DNA of 64,000 nucleotides from assembly GCF_003018255.1 (NCBI RefSeq), contig NZ_CP027440.1, one strand, 5' to 3'. The position numbers were made by a program, and so were the translations under genes. This DNA comes from Escherichia coli (GTDB lineage: Bacteria; Pseudomonadota; Gammaproteobacteria; Enterobacterales; Enterobacteriaceae). The stretch's first letter is position 1; every line of letters begins with the position of its first letter. Of this stretch, positions 1 to 13,061 are shown piece after piece. The notes below the pieces were generated by a model. It ran no database searches, was not told where the DNA came from, and was given only the letters and a program-made list of their open reading frames with translations.

Positions 1-854
<854 letters not shown>

Positions 855-1115
855 TTACTCCAGAATGCAGCGCAAGGCGAGGAGTATCCCCGTCTCATCT
901 CTCTGGTTTCAGGGTTACGGTGCGTTGGCAGGAATTAACGCGTACGTCTTTTCAGAAGGAAATCGACAAAGCGGGAAGTTTGCCTGGTACAGGCGGCGAT
1001 TGTCAATGATGTGAAAAAGGGAACCATAGGGTTCCCTTATTCTTTAGTACCGGAGGCAGCATTGCCGCATATCGTCGGATGCGACGCTGACGCGTCCTAT
1101 CCGACCTACTCCGAA

Positions 1116-2336
1116 TTAATCTTTCAGCTTGCGCATTACCAGCGTGGCGTTGGTGCCGCCGAAGCCGAAGCTGTTAGACATAACGGTGGTCAGTTCGCGA
1201 TCGGTCGTTTCGGTCACGATGTTCAGACCCGCAGCCTGCTCGTCCAGCTCTTCAATGTTGATGCTCGGGGCGATAAAGCCGTGTTCCAGCATCAGCAGAG
1301 AGTAGATAGCTTCCTGTACGCCAGCAGCGCCCAGAGAGTGACCGGTCATTGCTTTGGTTGCAGAAATCGCCGGGCTCTTATCGCCGAACACTTCACGGAT
1401 AGCAGCCAGCTCTTTCACGTCGCCAACCGGAGTCGAAGTACCGTGGGAGTTCAGGTAGTCGATTGGGGTATCAACACCGTGCATCGCCATCTTCATGCAA
1501 CGCACTGCGCCTTCGCCAGACGGAGCAACCATGTCTGCGCCATCAGACGTTGCGCCGTAGCCAACGATTTCAGCGTAGATATGAGCACCACGTGCCAACG
1601 CGTGTTCCAGTTCTTCGACCACCACCATACCGCCGCCGCCAGCGATAACGAAACCGTCACGGTGAGCGTCATAAGTACGGGAGGCTTTTTCCGGGGTGTC
1701 GTTGTATTTGGTAGACAGCGCACCCATCGCGTCGAATTCACAAGCCATTTCCCAGCACAGCTCTTCGCCGCCACCAGCAAACACGATGTCCTGTTTGCCC
1801 AGTTGGATCTGCTCTACTGCGTTACCGATACAGTGTGCGGAGGTCGCACACGCGGAGCTGATGGAGTAGTTTACACCGTGAATTTTAAACGGCGTGGCGA
1901 GACAGGCAGAAACGCCGGATGCCATCGCTTTGGTGACCACATACGGGCCAACCGCTTTCAGGCCGCGCGGGCCGCGCATTGCGTCAGCGCCGAACACCTG
2001 AAAACGCGGGGAACCGCCGCCGGAACCTGCAATCAGGCCAACGCGCGGGTTATTCTGGTAAGCTTCCGGAGAGAGGCCAGCATCTGCAATTGCCTGCTCC
2101 ATAGAAAGGAATGCATAAATGGATGCGTCGCTCATAAAGCGCACAACTTTGCGGTCAATGAGGCCAGTGGTATCCAGTTTTACGTTGCCCCAGACGTGGC
2201 TACGCATGCCGGAATCCTTCAGCTCCTGAGAGAAAGTGATCCCTGAACGTCCTTCACGCAGAGATGCCAGGACTTCCTGCTGGTTATTACCGATGCTGGA
2301 AACAATGCCCAGGCCAGTAATCACTGCACGTTTCAT
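1116..2336 (-). CDS. fabB: 3-oxoacyl-ACP synthase I (KAS I)
   Basis: 406 aa ORF, recognisable FabB sequence ([22 protein letters not shown]..., active-site region [12 protein letters not shown]). Confidence 0.97.
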
Positions 2337-2384
2337 TCAATACCTCTGTAAGTCGCACATAGAGTAAGTTTCGAATGCACAATA

Positions 2385-2400
2385 GCGTACACTTGTACGC
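2385..2400. promoter_or_regulatory. Inverted repeat GCGTACA-N2-TGTACGC in fabB upstream region, candidate FabR operator
   Basis: Palindromic arms read directly in the fabB-mnmC divergent intergenic region; matches recalled FabR operator position at fabB. Confidence 0.5.
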
Positions 2401-2428
2401 CGAACAAGTCCGATCAGCCAATTAATAG

Positions 2429-4501
<2,073 letters not shown>

Positions 4502-4519
4502 TCAGCTCTGGCATTGCTT

Positions 4520-4549
4520 GCCGGATATGGCGTGAACGCCTTATCCGGC
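4520..4549. repeat. REP-like palindromic unit (GCCGGATA...TATCCGGC)
   Basis: Imperfect palindrome with the typical REP motif in the mnmC-yfcL convergent intergenic region. Confidence 0.5.
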
Positions 4550-4556
4550 ACATTAC

Positions 4557-4835
4557 TTACTGCTGTGACGCCTTCTGAAACAGGTTTTCCCACATATCGG
4601 TCACCAGCGCCTGGTCACGCGGCGACAACTCACCGGCACCAATCGCTTTTTCCAGACTCTGGCTAACGGTTGTATGTACCGCCTGGGCGGAGTGGTCATC
4701 ACCACTTTCCAGTTCTGCGATGGCTAATGTCAGGTGGCCACGCAAATACCCACTGGCAAACAACTCATCATCACTGGCATGGTCAACCATACCGTCGATT
4801 AATGCCAGAATGCGTGATTCAAACTCCGCGATCAT
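4557..4835 (-). CDS. yfcL: Uncharacterised protein YfcL
   Basis: 92 aa ORF, conserved position and sequence. Confidence 0.85.
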   Translation of the reverse strand: MIAEFESRILALIDGMVDHASDDELFASGYLRGHLTLAIAELESGDDHSAQAVHTTVSQSLEKAIGAGELSPRDQALVTDMWENLFQKASQQ

Positions 4836-4868
4836 CTTCTTTCCTCATTGTAAAACGTGGCGCTGGCT

Positions 4869-5417
4869 TCAGTTGAGCGCTTCCGGCCACGGGAACTGTT
4901 CCGCCGTAAGTTCCGGCGTGTGATAATAATTTTGTAGTGCTTTAATGAAGCGTGCCGGACGTTCGGGAATGCCGTTTGCCAGATAATCCATTACCTGCGC
5001 ATGTACCCGCCGTTGAAACACCACGCGGTCCGGTTCGAAATCCCCTTCCAGATTGTCGCAGCTAACATTAAACGGATATCCCGCCGCCACGCAGAACAAC
5101 CAGTCCAGCGCCTGCGGCTTCACTTCAACATCTTCAAACTGGCTTTGCGTCTGGGCATCGCGACCGTCCGGGCAATACCAGTAGCCGAAATCAACCTGCT
5201 CACGGCGCGCTTTTCCGGCAATACACCAGTGCGAAATCTCATGAATTGCGCTGGCATAAAAGCCATGAGCAAAGACGATTCGGTTATACGGTACTTCCGC
5301 ATCAGCAGGAAGATAGATCGGTTCGTCGTCGCCTTTAATCAGACGGGTATTAAATTCATCGGCAAAGCAGCTATTAAAAATCTCAATCAACTGCTCATAG
5401 TGGTGTGTACTGTTCAT
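4869..5417 (-). CDS. epmC: Elongation factor P hydroxylase EpmC (YfcM)
   Basis: 182 aa ORF, recognised sequence and synteny. Confidence 0.88.
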   Translation of the reverse strand: MNSTHHYEQLIEIFNSCFADEFNTRLIKGDDEPIYLPADAEVPYNRIVFAHGFYASAIHEISHWCIAGKARREQVDFGYWYCPDGRDAQTQSQFEDVEVKPQALDWLFCVAAGYPFNVSCDNLEGDFEPDRVVFQRRVHAQVMDYLANGIPERPARFIKALQNYYHTPELTAEQFPWPEALN

Positions 5418-6226
5418 TAGTTCATCCCCAACCAGTGGAGGATCTCCTGTCCGTGGCTATCGTAAAGTAATTTTGCACTCATCACCGCCGAGACGATAAC
5501 GATCATCGGGCGGATCAGCTTTTGTCCTTTGCTCAACACCAGTCTTGAACCCATGCGCGCGCCGAGGAACTGCCCCACCAGCATCACAAAGCCCGTCGCC
5601 CAAATCACTTTGCCGCCGAGAATAAACAGCAGCAGACCGCCAATGTTTGACGTTGCGTTGAGTAATTTGGCGTGAGCCGTGGCTTTGGCGAGGTTGAATC
5701 CGCACAGCGTAACGAAGGCCAGCGCGTAAAACGATCCGGCAGCTGGCCCAAAGAATCCATCGTAAAAACCGACGCAGCCCCCCGCCACCAGCGCAAATGG
5801 CAGTCCATACATCCGGCGCTGGCGATCTTCTTCACCCAGCTTTGGCATCAGCAAGAAATAGAGGCCGATACAAATCACCAGAATGGGCAGAATCTGCCGT
5901 AAGACATCAGCCTGAACATACTGCACCAGTAATGCGCCGCTCATTGAGCCGACAAAGGTCATGGCGATATTGAGTTTCTGATCGCTTAAACTAACCACTT
6001 TGCGGCGAATAAAGTAGATAGTGGCGGAAATAGAGCCGCCGCAGGCTTGCAGTTTATTGGTTGCCAGCGCGTTAGCCGGAGACATCCCCGCCGCCATCAA
6101 TGCCGGAATGGTGAGTAACCCACCGCCACCGGCAATCGAGTCGATAAATCCCGCCAGCATGGCGACAAAAAAGAGAACTCCCAGCAGCAGCGGGGAAACC
6201 ATAAACAGGCTATTAAACGTTTCCAT
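5417..6226 (-). CDS. yfcA: TauE/SafE-family inner membrane protein YfcA
   Basis: 269 aa hydrophobic ORF with Gly-rich TM segments; synteny. Confidence 0.88.
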   Translation of the reverse strand: METFNSLFMVSPLLLGVLFFVAMLAGFIDSIAGGGGLLTIPALMAAGMSPANALATNKLQACGGSISATIYFIRRKVVSLSDQKLNIAMTFVGSMSGALLVQYVQADVLRQILPILVICIGLYFLLMPKLGEEDRQRRMYGLPFALVAGGCVGFYDGFFGPAAGSFYALAFVTLCGFNLAKATAHAKLLNATSNIGGLLLFILGGKVIWATGFVMLVGQFLGARMGSRLVLSKGQKLIRPMIVIVSAVMSAKLLYDSHGQEILHWLGMN

Positions 6227-7050
6227 TAGATCACGTGCTCATCCAGTAGCGCCTGGCAGGAAGGCGGCAACGGAGGCGGTGTCTTCTTCTCAGGCTTTGT
6301 TGTTCCCGGTTTTGGTGGTTCAAACCAGCTTTGCAGTTCTGCCCCGCAACCATCGCCCGGTGGCGGTAAAGGTTGATCTTCACACTCCAGGCTATCGGCA
6401 GGACAACGTAGTCGTACATGCATATGGGCGCGATGCTGGAACCAGGGCCGCACTTTGCGTAACCAGTCGCGATCGGTGCCCGCATCAAGGCAAAGTTGTT
6501 GTTTAATCGCCGGATTAACAAAAATGCGCGTGACGTCTTTGTCCTGCGCGGCGAGTTTAATCAAGCTGAAAATTTCCGGCTTCCACAGCGTCGGGACAAC
6601 GTGTTTACCGTCGCGGGAAACTAAATCTAACGCTTGCGGGCGCAAGAGCTGCGCGGAGGTCCAGCGTGTTTTTGGCAGTTGCAGGAAGATATCGACATCC
6701 AGTCCAGTCTGGTGGCTGGCGTGACCGCCGTTGAAACGACCACCAGCAGGCATCCCCATATCGCCAATCAGCACCGTACCCATACCCAGATTGCTCACCT
6801 GGCGACTCAGACGCTGGATAAACATCACCAGATCCGGGTGTCCGAAATAGCGACGCTGATCGGTACGCATGACCTGATAATGTTCGGACTGTATCGGCAG
6901 CGTGTCAGCACCGACGATACAGCCATTTGAAAAACTGCCTATCGATTGTGCACTACCCGGCACAGGTTGGGTTATTTTTTGCCACGGCGTCGCTGCCAGG
7001 CTGGCGCTACTGGCAAGCAGGGCCAGCAGCACAATCGCAGTTTTGTTCAT
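6226..7050 (-). CDS. mepA: Penicillin-insensitive murein DD-endopeptidase MepA
   Basis: 274 aa ORF with signal peptide; recognised MepA sequence. Confidence 0.92.
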   Translation of the reverse strand: MNKTAIVLLALLASSASLAATPWQKITQPVPGSAQSIGSFSNGCIVGADTLPIQSEHYQVMRTDQRRYFGHPDLVMFIQRLSRQVSNLGMGTVLIGDMGMPAGGRFNGGHASHQTGLDVDIFLQLPKTRWTSAQLLRPQALDLVSRDGKHVVPTLWKPEIFSLIKLAAQDKDVTRIFVNPAIKQQLCLDAGTDRDWLRKVRPWFQHRAHMHVRLRCPADSLECEDQPLPPPGDGCGAELQSWFEPPKPGTTKPEKKTPPPLPPSCQALLDEHVI

Positions 7051-7052
7051 TT

Positions 7053-8138
7053 TTACCAGCGTGGAATATCAGTCTTCACATCAGCATTTTGCGCCCGTTG
7101 CCGTAACAGGTGATCCATTAAAACGATCGCCAGCATCGCTTCAGCGATCGGCACCGCGCGGATCCCAACACACGGATCGTGACGGCCTTTGGTGATCATC
7201 TCAACTTCTTCGCCAAAGCGGTTAATCGTGCGCCCCGGCACAGTAATGCTTGAGGTCGGTTTCAGCGCCATATGGGCAATGATTTGCTGCCCGCTGCTGA
7301 TACCACCAAGAATGCCGCCCGCATGGTTGCTCTGGAAACCGTCTTTGGTGATTTCGTCACGGTTCTGGCTGCCACGCAGCGCTACCACGTCAAAACCATC
7401 ACCAATTTCCACACCTTTCACCGCGTTAATGCTCATTAGCGCATGGGCGATGTCGGCATCCAGGCGGTCAAAAACCGGCTCGCCAAGTCCGGCGGGTACG
7501 CCACTGGCAACGACGGTGACTTTCGCGCCGATGGAGTCACCCTCTTTTTTCAGCGCGCGCATCAGTTCATCTAACGCGTCGATTTTGTCCGGGTCCGGGC
7601 AGAAAAACGGATTTTGCTCGACCTGCGACCAGTCTTTGATTTCCAGCGGAATATCACCCATCTGGGTCAGGCAGCCGCGAATCTCAATGCCAAATTTCTC
7701 GGCGAGATATTTTTTGGCAATCGCCCCTGCTGCAACGCGCATAGCGGTTTCGCGGGCGGAAGAACGTCCACCGCCGCGATAATCGCGCAGGCCGTATTTT
7801 TGTTCATAGGTGTAATCGGCATGACCTGGACGGAAAACGTCCTTAATCGCACTATAATCCTGAGAACGCTGGTCGGTATTTTCGATCAACAATCCGATGC
7901 TGGTGCCAGTAGTAACACCTTCAAAAACACCGGAGAGAATTTTGACCTGATCCGGCTCGCGGCGCTGGGTGGTATAGCGCGATGTCCCAGGTCGACGACG
8001 ATCAAGGTCATGTTGCAAGTCCGCTTCCGTCAGCGGAATGCCTGGCGGAACACCATCGACGATGCAGCCGAGCGCCAGCCCGTGCGATTCGCCGAAGGTG
8101 GTTACGCGAAAGAGTTGTCCAATTGTGTTTCCAGCCAT
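7053..8138 (-). CDS. aroC: Chorismate synthase
   Basis: ORF 7053-8141; second Met taken as start giving 361 aa [20 protein letters not shown]... Confidence 0.95.
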   Translation of the reverse strand: MAGNTIGQLFRVTTFGESHGLALGCIVDGVPPGIPLTEADLQHDLDRRRPGTSRYTTQRREPDQVKILSGVFEGVTTGTSIGLLIENTDQRSQDYSAIKDVFRPGHADYTYEQKYGLRDYRGGGRSSARETAMRVAAGAIAKKYLAEKFGIEIRGCLTQMGDIPLEIKDWSQVEQNPFFCPDPDKIDALDELMRALKKEGDSIGAKVTVVASGVPAGLGEPVFDRLDADIAHALMSINAVKGVEIGDGFDVVALRGSQNRDEITKDGFQSNHAGGILGGISSGQQIIAHMALKPTSSITVPGRTINRFGEEVEMITKGRHDPCVGIRAVPIAEAMLAIVLMDHLLRQRAQNADVKTDIPRW

Positions 8139-8172
8139 CACGGCTCCGTTATTGTTGTGTTTGCGTGTTTAC

Positions 8173-9105
8173 TTAATCTTTATAAATCGCGAAATGTTCT
8201 CGTGCGGCAATAAGCTGCTCTTTAGTGAGCATAAACACACCATCGCCGCCGTTATCAAACTCCAGCCAGGTGAACGGAACATCCGGATATTGTTCCATAA
8301 GATGTACCATGCTGTTGCCCACTTCACAAATCAGCACGCCATCATCAGCGAGGTAATCTGCCGCGTTACCAAGAATGCGACGCGTCAGTTTCAGGCCGTC
8401 AGTGCCAGATGCCAGACCGAGTTCCGGCTCGTGGCGGTATTCGTTTGGCAGGTCGGACATATCTTCCGCATCGACATACGGCGGGTTGGTGACAATCAGG
8501 TCGTACTGCACTTTCGGCAAATCACGGAACAAGTCGGAACGAATCGGAATGACGTTGTGGATCAAACCGTGTTCTTCGATGTTCTGTTCAGCAACCGCCA
8601 GCGCGTCGGGAGAGATGTCTACCGCGTCGACTTCCGCTTCCGGGAAGGCATAAGCACAGGCAATGGCGATGCAGCCGCTACCGGTACACATATCTAAAAT
8701 GTGCTGCGGTTGCTTGCTGATGAGTCCGGCAAATTTATTGTTGATCAGTTCACCAATCGGCGAGCGCGGCACCAGCACGCGTTCATCGACGTAAAATTCA
8801 TGGCCACAGAACCAGGCTTTATTGGTCAGGTAAGCCACCGGAATGCGTTCGTTGACGCGGCGGATCACGCGCTCAACAATACGGTGTTTTTCGCTGGAAG
8901 TCAGACGCGCGGTGCGCATATCTTCCGGAATATCCAGCGGCAGGTAGAGTGAAGGCAACACCAGTTGCACGGCTTCATCCCACGGGTTATCGGTGCCGTG
9001 GCCGTACCAGATATTCGCCGCGCTGAAGCGGCTCACCGACCAGCGCAACATGTCCTGAATGGTTTGCAGCTCATTTACTGCTTCATCAACGAAAATTTTA
9101 TCCAC
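8173..9105 (-). CDS. prmB: Ribosomal protein uL3 glutamine N5-methyltransferase PrmB
   Basis: Six-frame ORF is 421 aa; start placed at in-frame GTG (complement of 9103-9105) giving 310 aa (M)[12 protein letters not shown]...; NPPY motif present. Confidence 0.88.
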   Translation of the reverse strand: MDKIFVDEAVNELQTIQDMLRWSVSRFSAANIWYGHGTDNPWDEAVQLVLPSLYLPLDIPEDMRTARLTSSEKHRIVERVIRRVNERIPVAYLTNKAWFCGHEFYVDERVLVPRSPIGELINNKFAGLISKQPQHILDMCTGSGCIAIACAYAFPEAEVDAVDISPDALAVAEQNIEEHGLIHNVIPIRSDLFRDLPKVQYDLIVTNPPYVDAEDMSDLPNEYRHEPELGLASGTDGLKLTRRILGNAADYLADDGVLICEVGNSMVHLMEQYPDVPFTWLEFDNGGDGVFMLTKEQLIAAREHFAIYKD

Positions 9106-9270
9106 GTATTCCTCCAGGGCATGATCGCAATAATTTCGGCGGCTAGTTTGCCATGAAGATGACGATAAATCAGCATTCACGCGCTGTGAGTGAGGAAAAA
9201 TACGTTTAAAACGATCGATTGTGCTACGAGTCAGGTAAACTGTAGGAAAATTAGAAATAGAGACAGTTAA

Positions 9271-9822
9271 ATGAAAAAGAAAACAACACTTAGCGAGGAG
9301 GACCAGGCGCTGTTTCGCCAGTTGATGGCGGGGACTCGCAAGATTAAGCAGGACACGATTGTCCACCGACCGCAGCGTAAAAAAATCAGCGAAGTACCGG
9401 TCAAGCGGTTGATTCAGGAGCAGGCCGATGCCAGCCATTATTTTTCCGATGAGTTTCAGCCATTATTAAATACCGAAGGTCCGGTGAAATATGTTCGCCC
9501 GGATGTCAGCCATTTTGAAGCGAAGAAACTGCGGCGCGGTGATTATTCACCGGAGTTGTTTCTTGATTTGCACGGTCTGACGCAGTTGCAAGCCAAACAG
9601 GAACTGGGGGCGTTGATTGCCGCCTGCCGCCGTGAACATGTGTTTTGTGCCTGCGTGATGCATGGTCACGGGAAGCATATTTTGAAGCAGCAAACGCCGC
9701 TGTGGCTGGCGCAGCATCCACATGTAATGGCATTTCACCAGGCACCAAAAGAGTATGGTGGCGATGCGGCTTTGTTGGTGTTGATTGAAGTGGAAGAGTG
9801 GCTGCCGCCTGAATTGCCCTGA
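9271..9822 (+). CDS. smrB: Smr-domain ribosome rescue endonuclease SmrB (YfcN)
   Basis: 183 aa ORF, recognised sequence. Confidence 0.9.
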
Positions 9823-9937
9823 ATGCTGGCATCGAATGCTGTAGAGGGAAAGTTCGCCTTAGCCATCATATCATAAAACAGACGCCGGAAATGACGACAG
9901 GGCCAGATGGCCCCGTCGACTTGTGAAAATATCGTCA

Positions 9938-10780
9938 CTACAATTCATTCAGTACATACTGGAATCGGCACGTAGAATCAATCGGTTGTCGGCTACTGGT
10001 GTTCACATTTACCACGATATCATGTAGCTGTTTATCGGTTACCGGATGCCGTGTGGGAGAAACCGTTACCGTTGATTTATCGCAACCGTAGGAGGTAAAG
10101 GTTAACAGTTCCGAGACCACGCGGCAGTATGCACCTCTGCTATCAAAAACGCTGCCATCACAGAGTTTGCCATCTTCCATCAGGTAGGTCGAAAGCGTGG
10201 TGGTGATTGTCGAGCCATTGGATTGCAACTGTAACGCCTTATTGTGGCTGACGTAATTCTCACTCCACGAGATGTCATACGACGCGACAGGGATCGTCGG
10301 ACATACTGTGGCATGGTTCGTTGGCCCAGTATATCTCCCGAATCCGGGTTGATCTGTGATCGTATAAAAAGAAGCGAGCCACGGGCAACCATAACTGTCG
10401 GACTGAACGGTTATCTTAAACGTCTCATATGCACACTGAAATGTCGCCGTATTTATCCCAGGACAATTCGAGCTATCAGCATTACCGTAGTCAGTTAAGA
10501 TCAACACTGGCGCTGGTCCCGACCCCGTCCACGAAATAACGCTGGCTTGCTCGTTCTTCCTTATGGCATCGTTGTACACCCCATAGGCCGCCTCGTTGGG
10601 AGTTAACACCGTGACATACAAACCTCCGGTGTTATGAATAGACATTTTCCCCTTCCCATAATAAATCTTCACACTGTCGAAACTCGCGCTGGTGAGTTTA
10701 TCCCCGGCATAGCTCTTTGGAACGCTCGCACTCATCACCAGCAACACCAGGCTCGCAAAAATCATTGTCCATTTTTTCAT
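9938..10780 (-). CDS. yfcO: Fimbrial-type protein YfcO (putative tip adhesin of Yfc fimbriae)
   Basis: ORF 9938-10825; start placed at MKKWTMIFASLVLLVMSA (signal peptide) immediately after yfcP stop; last gene of fimbrial operon. Confidence 0.7.
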   Translation of the reverse strand: MKKWTMIFASLVLLVMSASVPKSYAGDKLTSASFDSVKIYYGKGKMSIHNTGGLYVTVLTPNEAAYGVYNDAIRKNEQASVISWTGSGPAPVLILTDYGNADSSNCPGINTATFQCAYETFKITVQSDSYGCPWLASFYTITDQPGFGRYTGPTNHATVCPTIPVASYDISWSENYVSHNKALQLQSNGSTITTTLSTYLMEDGKLCDGSVFDSRGAYCRVVSELLTFTSYGCDKSTVTVSPTRHPVTDKQLHDIVVNVNTSSRQPIDSTCRFQYVLNEL

Positions 10781-10781
10781 G

Positions 10782-11306
10782 TTAAAAATACTCAAAGGTT
10801 GCCGTCGCCGTAGCGCTGAAATCACCGGACGTCACATCCCGCCCGCCCTTCGCCTGTAGCCAGGCATTAAAATTGAGACTGTTATTGCCCTGGTTTAGCG
10901 GGAACGTGACACCCGTTGTGCTGTTGACTGGCACCGCCGCGCCTGCCGCCGTTTCAATACCAATCCCAGCTCCGGATGCAGAAGATGAGGCGTCAAAGGC
11001 CAGAAATCCGGGCAGTTCGCTATCTTCCGTTCCCGTCAGCGTTACCCTGACGCTAAACAGCGTGGAGCTTTTGCAATCCTTCAATTGAAATACCAACGGT
11101 ACTCGCTCTGACTGCCCGAGGTTCATTAAATCGCTGGCGGCAATGGTGGGAAAGTGCACCTCCGCCAACAGGCTACCGTTGATCACTGGCGTACAGGATT
11201 TACCGAGCAAATTACCGGTAAAGTGCAGGTTGTCGACCGCCGGGGCAGTAACGCTGTACAACAGCATCAGGCTACAGATAAAAACCAACGCACGCTTTTT
11301 CTTCAT
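10782..11306 (-). CDS. yfcP: Fimbrial minor subunit YfcP
   Basis: 174 aa ORF with signal peptide and C-terminal beta-strand motif (...FEYF) typical of pilin subunits. Confidence 0.75.
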   Translation of the reverse strand: MKKKRALVFICSLMLLYSVTAPAVDNLHFTGNLLGKSCTPVINGSLLAEVHFPTIAASDLMNLGQSERVPLVFQLKDCKSSTLFSVRVTLTGTEDSELPGFLAFDASSSASGAGIGIETAAGAAVPVNSTTGVTFPLNQGNNSLNFNAWLQAKGGRDVTSGDFSATATATFEYF

Positions 11307-11773
11307 TGATAATCCACCTGTAACGTGGCCCAGGCTTCAAAGTCTGCCTCAGGCAAATCGACACCGCTCTTTTTGACCGGTACTGCGGTTAACACCGGTA
11401 AGGCCGTTTCATTCACCACCAGTGCCGTATTGAGCTTAAAGCTCTGCCCTGCCTGTTTAAGCCGAATCGCCAGGCCAGAGATATCGGTGCTAACCGCGGC
11501 ATCGTCAAAGTCGCTCTGCGTACCGCTCCAGCTCAATTTCATTTCCATTGATGGGTCGCGAACCGCCGTATCACAGGTAATGGAATACGGCACGGTTTGC
11601 TCATAGTTACTGCCATTAATGTCATCAACAAAAACATCCTGAAAGGTTATTTCAATGGTTTTACCGTTGCTAATAGTGCAGTTAGGTGGCTGCACTAAAT
11701 AGCCGTGAAAAGAGACATTTGAGAGTGCCATCGAGCTAAAGCCCCACAGCATAAGAAGTGAGATCCGTTTCAT
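11303..11773 (-). CDS. yfcQ: Fimbrial minor subunit YfcQ
   Basis: 156 aa ORF with signal peptide, C-terminal ...VDYQ pilin-like terminus; overlapping stops/starts with neighbours. Confidence 0.75.
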   Translation of the reverse strand: MKRISLLMLWGFSSMALSNVSFHGYLVQPPNCTISNGKTIEITFQDVFVDDINGSNYEQTVPYSITCDTAVRDPSMEMKLSWSGTQSDFDDAAVSTDISGLAIRLKQAGQSFKLNTALVVNETALPVLTAVPVKKSGVDLPEADFEAWATLQVDYQ

Positions 11774-12276
11774 TGGTAATCCACCACAATTGTGGCACTG
11801 GCGTTAAATTCCGCTGCCGATAAGGTTGTACCACTCTGTTTCACCGGCACTGCTTCGAGTGCAGGGACGCCCGAGGAAAAATTAAACGGCAACCATGAAC
11901 CAGACGTTAAGTCGAGTGTTGAGTGATCACTACTTTTCTGAACCCGAATACCAAACCCTGAAATACCTGTGCTGATAACTGTTTCACCGTTGATCACAAC
12001 CGTTGTTGCCCGCATCTGTAAACGCAGGTCATCCATTGCCAGGTTGTTACAAACAAGCGAGTAATCAATGGGTTGTTTATAACCTACCCCATCGATCTTA
12101 TTGATGAATACATTACCAAACTCAACCGTCGCACCATTAACCGTGCAAGGAGGAGGGGCATCAACGAGCACTCGTAAACTCAAATTTACTGATTTACTCC
12201 CTGCAACTGCAAAGTCGCTACCAATACAACACATCAGTAACCATGTTCCCGCCCAGACTGAACAAGATCTTTTCAT
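11770..12276 (-). CDS. yfcR: Fimbrial minor subunit YfcR
   Basis: 168 aa ORF with signal peptide, C-terminal ...VDYQ pilin-like terminus. Confidence 0.75.
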   Translation of the reverse strand: MKRSCSVWAGTWLLMCCIGSDFAVAGSKSVNLSLRVLVDAPPPCTVNGATVEFGNVFINKIDGVGYKQPIDYSLVCNNLAMDDLRLQMRATTVVINGETVISTGISGFGIRVQKSSDHSTLDLTSGSWLPFNFSSGVPALEAVPVKQSGTTLSAAEFNASATIVVDYQ

Positions 12277-12292
12277 ACTTACTTCCCCGTCA

Positions 12293-13042
12293 TTAACCTT
12301 TGCGGCTCAGCTCTTCATCAACCTGACAACTGTTGCCGCTACAGGTGAAAAAGAGTGGCATCCGTGCGCCATAGTCGTTGACATAGGTCAGCACCGGCAC
12401 GCTAGCCATCTTCACCTTGAGCGGTGCGGAGGTTTTTGGCGACATCACTATCGGCGAGAAACCGTCTGCCGGATTGCCATTTTTTTGCGCGCTGGCATTA
12501 CTGAAAATGACGTAATACGGAGTAGGGTTATTGACGGTAAATTCCTGACCGTTACGGGTTAAGGTCACTTTATGCTGCCATGGGTTTTGCATGCTAGCTT
12601 TTTCCAGGGCTTTAGGTCGCCAGAAAAGTTTGATGCGTGTCTGCAGCGCAATTTGTAACGTATTGGCTTTGTTCGATTTCGGCGGAATTTCACGCACATT
12701 GAAATAAAATATCGATTCACGATCGGCAGGCAATTTATGGATATCTGGCAATCCCTGAATTTTCACCTGACCATTCATCATTGCATCAATGCGCTGTACG
12801 GGGGGCAATACTGCCAGCGGCGAACTAATCTTGACGCCCTTTTCATCTTCGATCCAGCTTTGTGCCAGATAAGGCTGTTTCGGGTCGTTATTACGCAGCG
12901 TGACGCTGATGGATTTATCGCTTTCATTAAAAATCAGGCGAGTACGATCGGGCGTTACTGACGCCAGAGCAGAAAAACTTACCGTTGCAGCCAGTAACGA
13001 CAGTACCGTTGCCAATGTTTTGACAGAGAGATGTTTAGTCAT
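12293..13042 (-). CDS. yfcS: Periplasmic fimbrial chaperone (PapD-like) YfcS
   Basis: 249 aa ORF with signal peptide and PapD-family features. Confidence 0.85.
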   Translation of the reverse strand: MTKHLSVKTLATVLSLLAATVSFSALASVTPDRTRLIFNESDKSISVTLRNNDPKQPYLAQSWIEDEKGVKISSPLAVLPPVQRIDAMMNGQVKIQGLPDIHKLPADRESIFYFNVREIPPKSNKANTLQIALQTRIKLFWRPKALEKASMQNPWQHKVTLTRNGQEFTVNNPTPYYVIFSNASAQKNGNPADGFSPIVMSPKTSAPLKVKMASVPVLTYVNDYGARMPLFFTCSGNSCQVDEELSRKG

Positions 13043-13061
13043 GGATCATTCCTTAATCACG

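Noticed and set aside
1011-2246. 411-aa plus-strand ORF
   Set aside because: Lies entirely antisense to fabB, whose product is unmistakable; amino-acid composition (Arg/His/Cys-rich, low complexity) is typical of a shadow ORF in a GC-rich coding region
8038-8697. 219-aa plus-strand ORF
   Set aside because: Antisense to aroC/prmB with no ribosome-binding context; shadow ORF
9938-10825. Longer 295-aa form of yfcO overlapping yfcP
   Set aside because: The extension overlaps the yfcP coding end in another frame; a Met followed by a classical signal peptide (MKKWTMIFASLVLLV) sits right after the yfcP stop, so the shorter start is preferred
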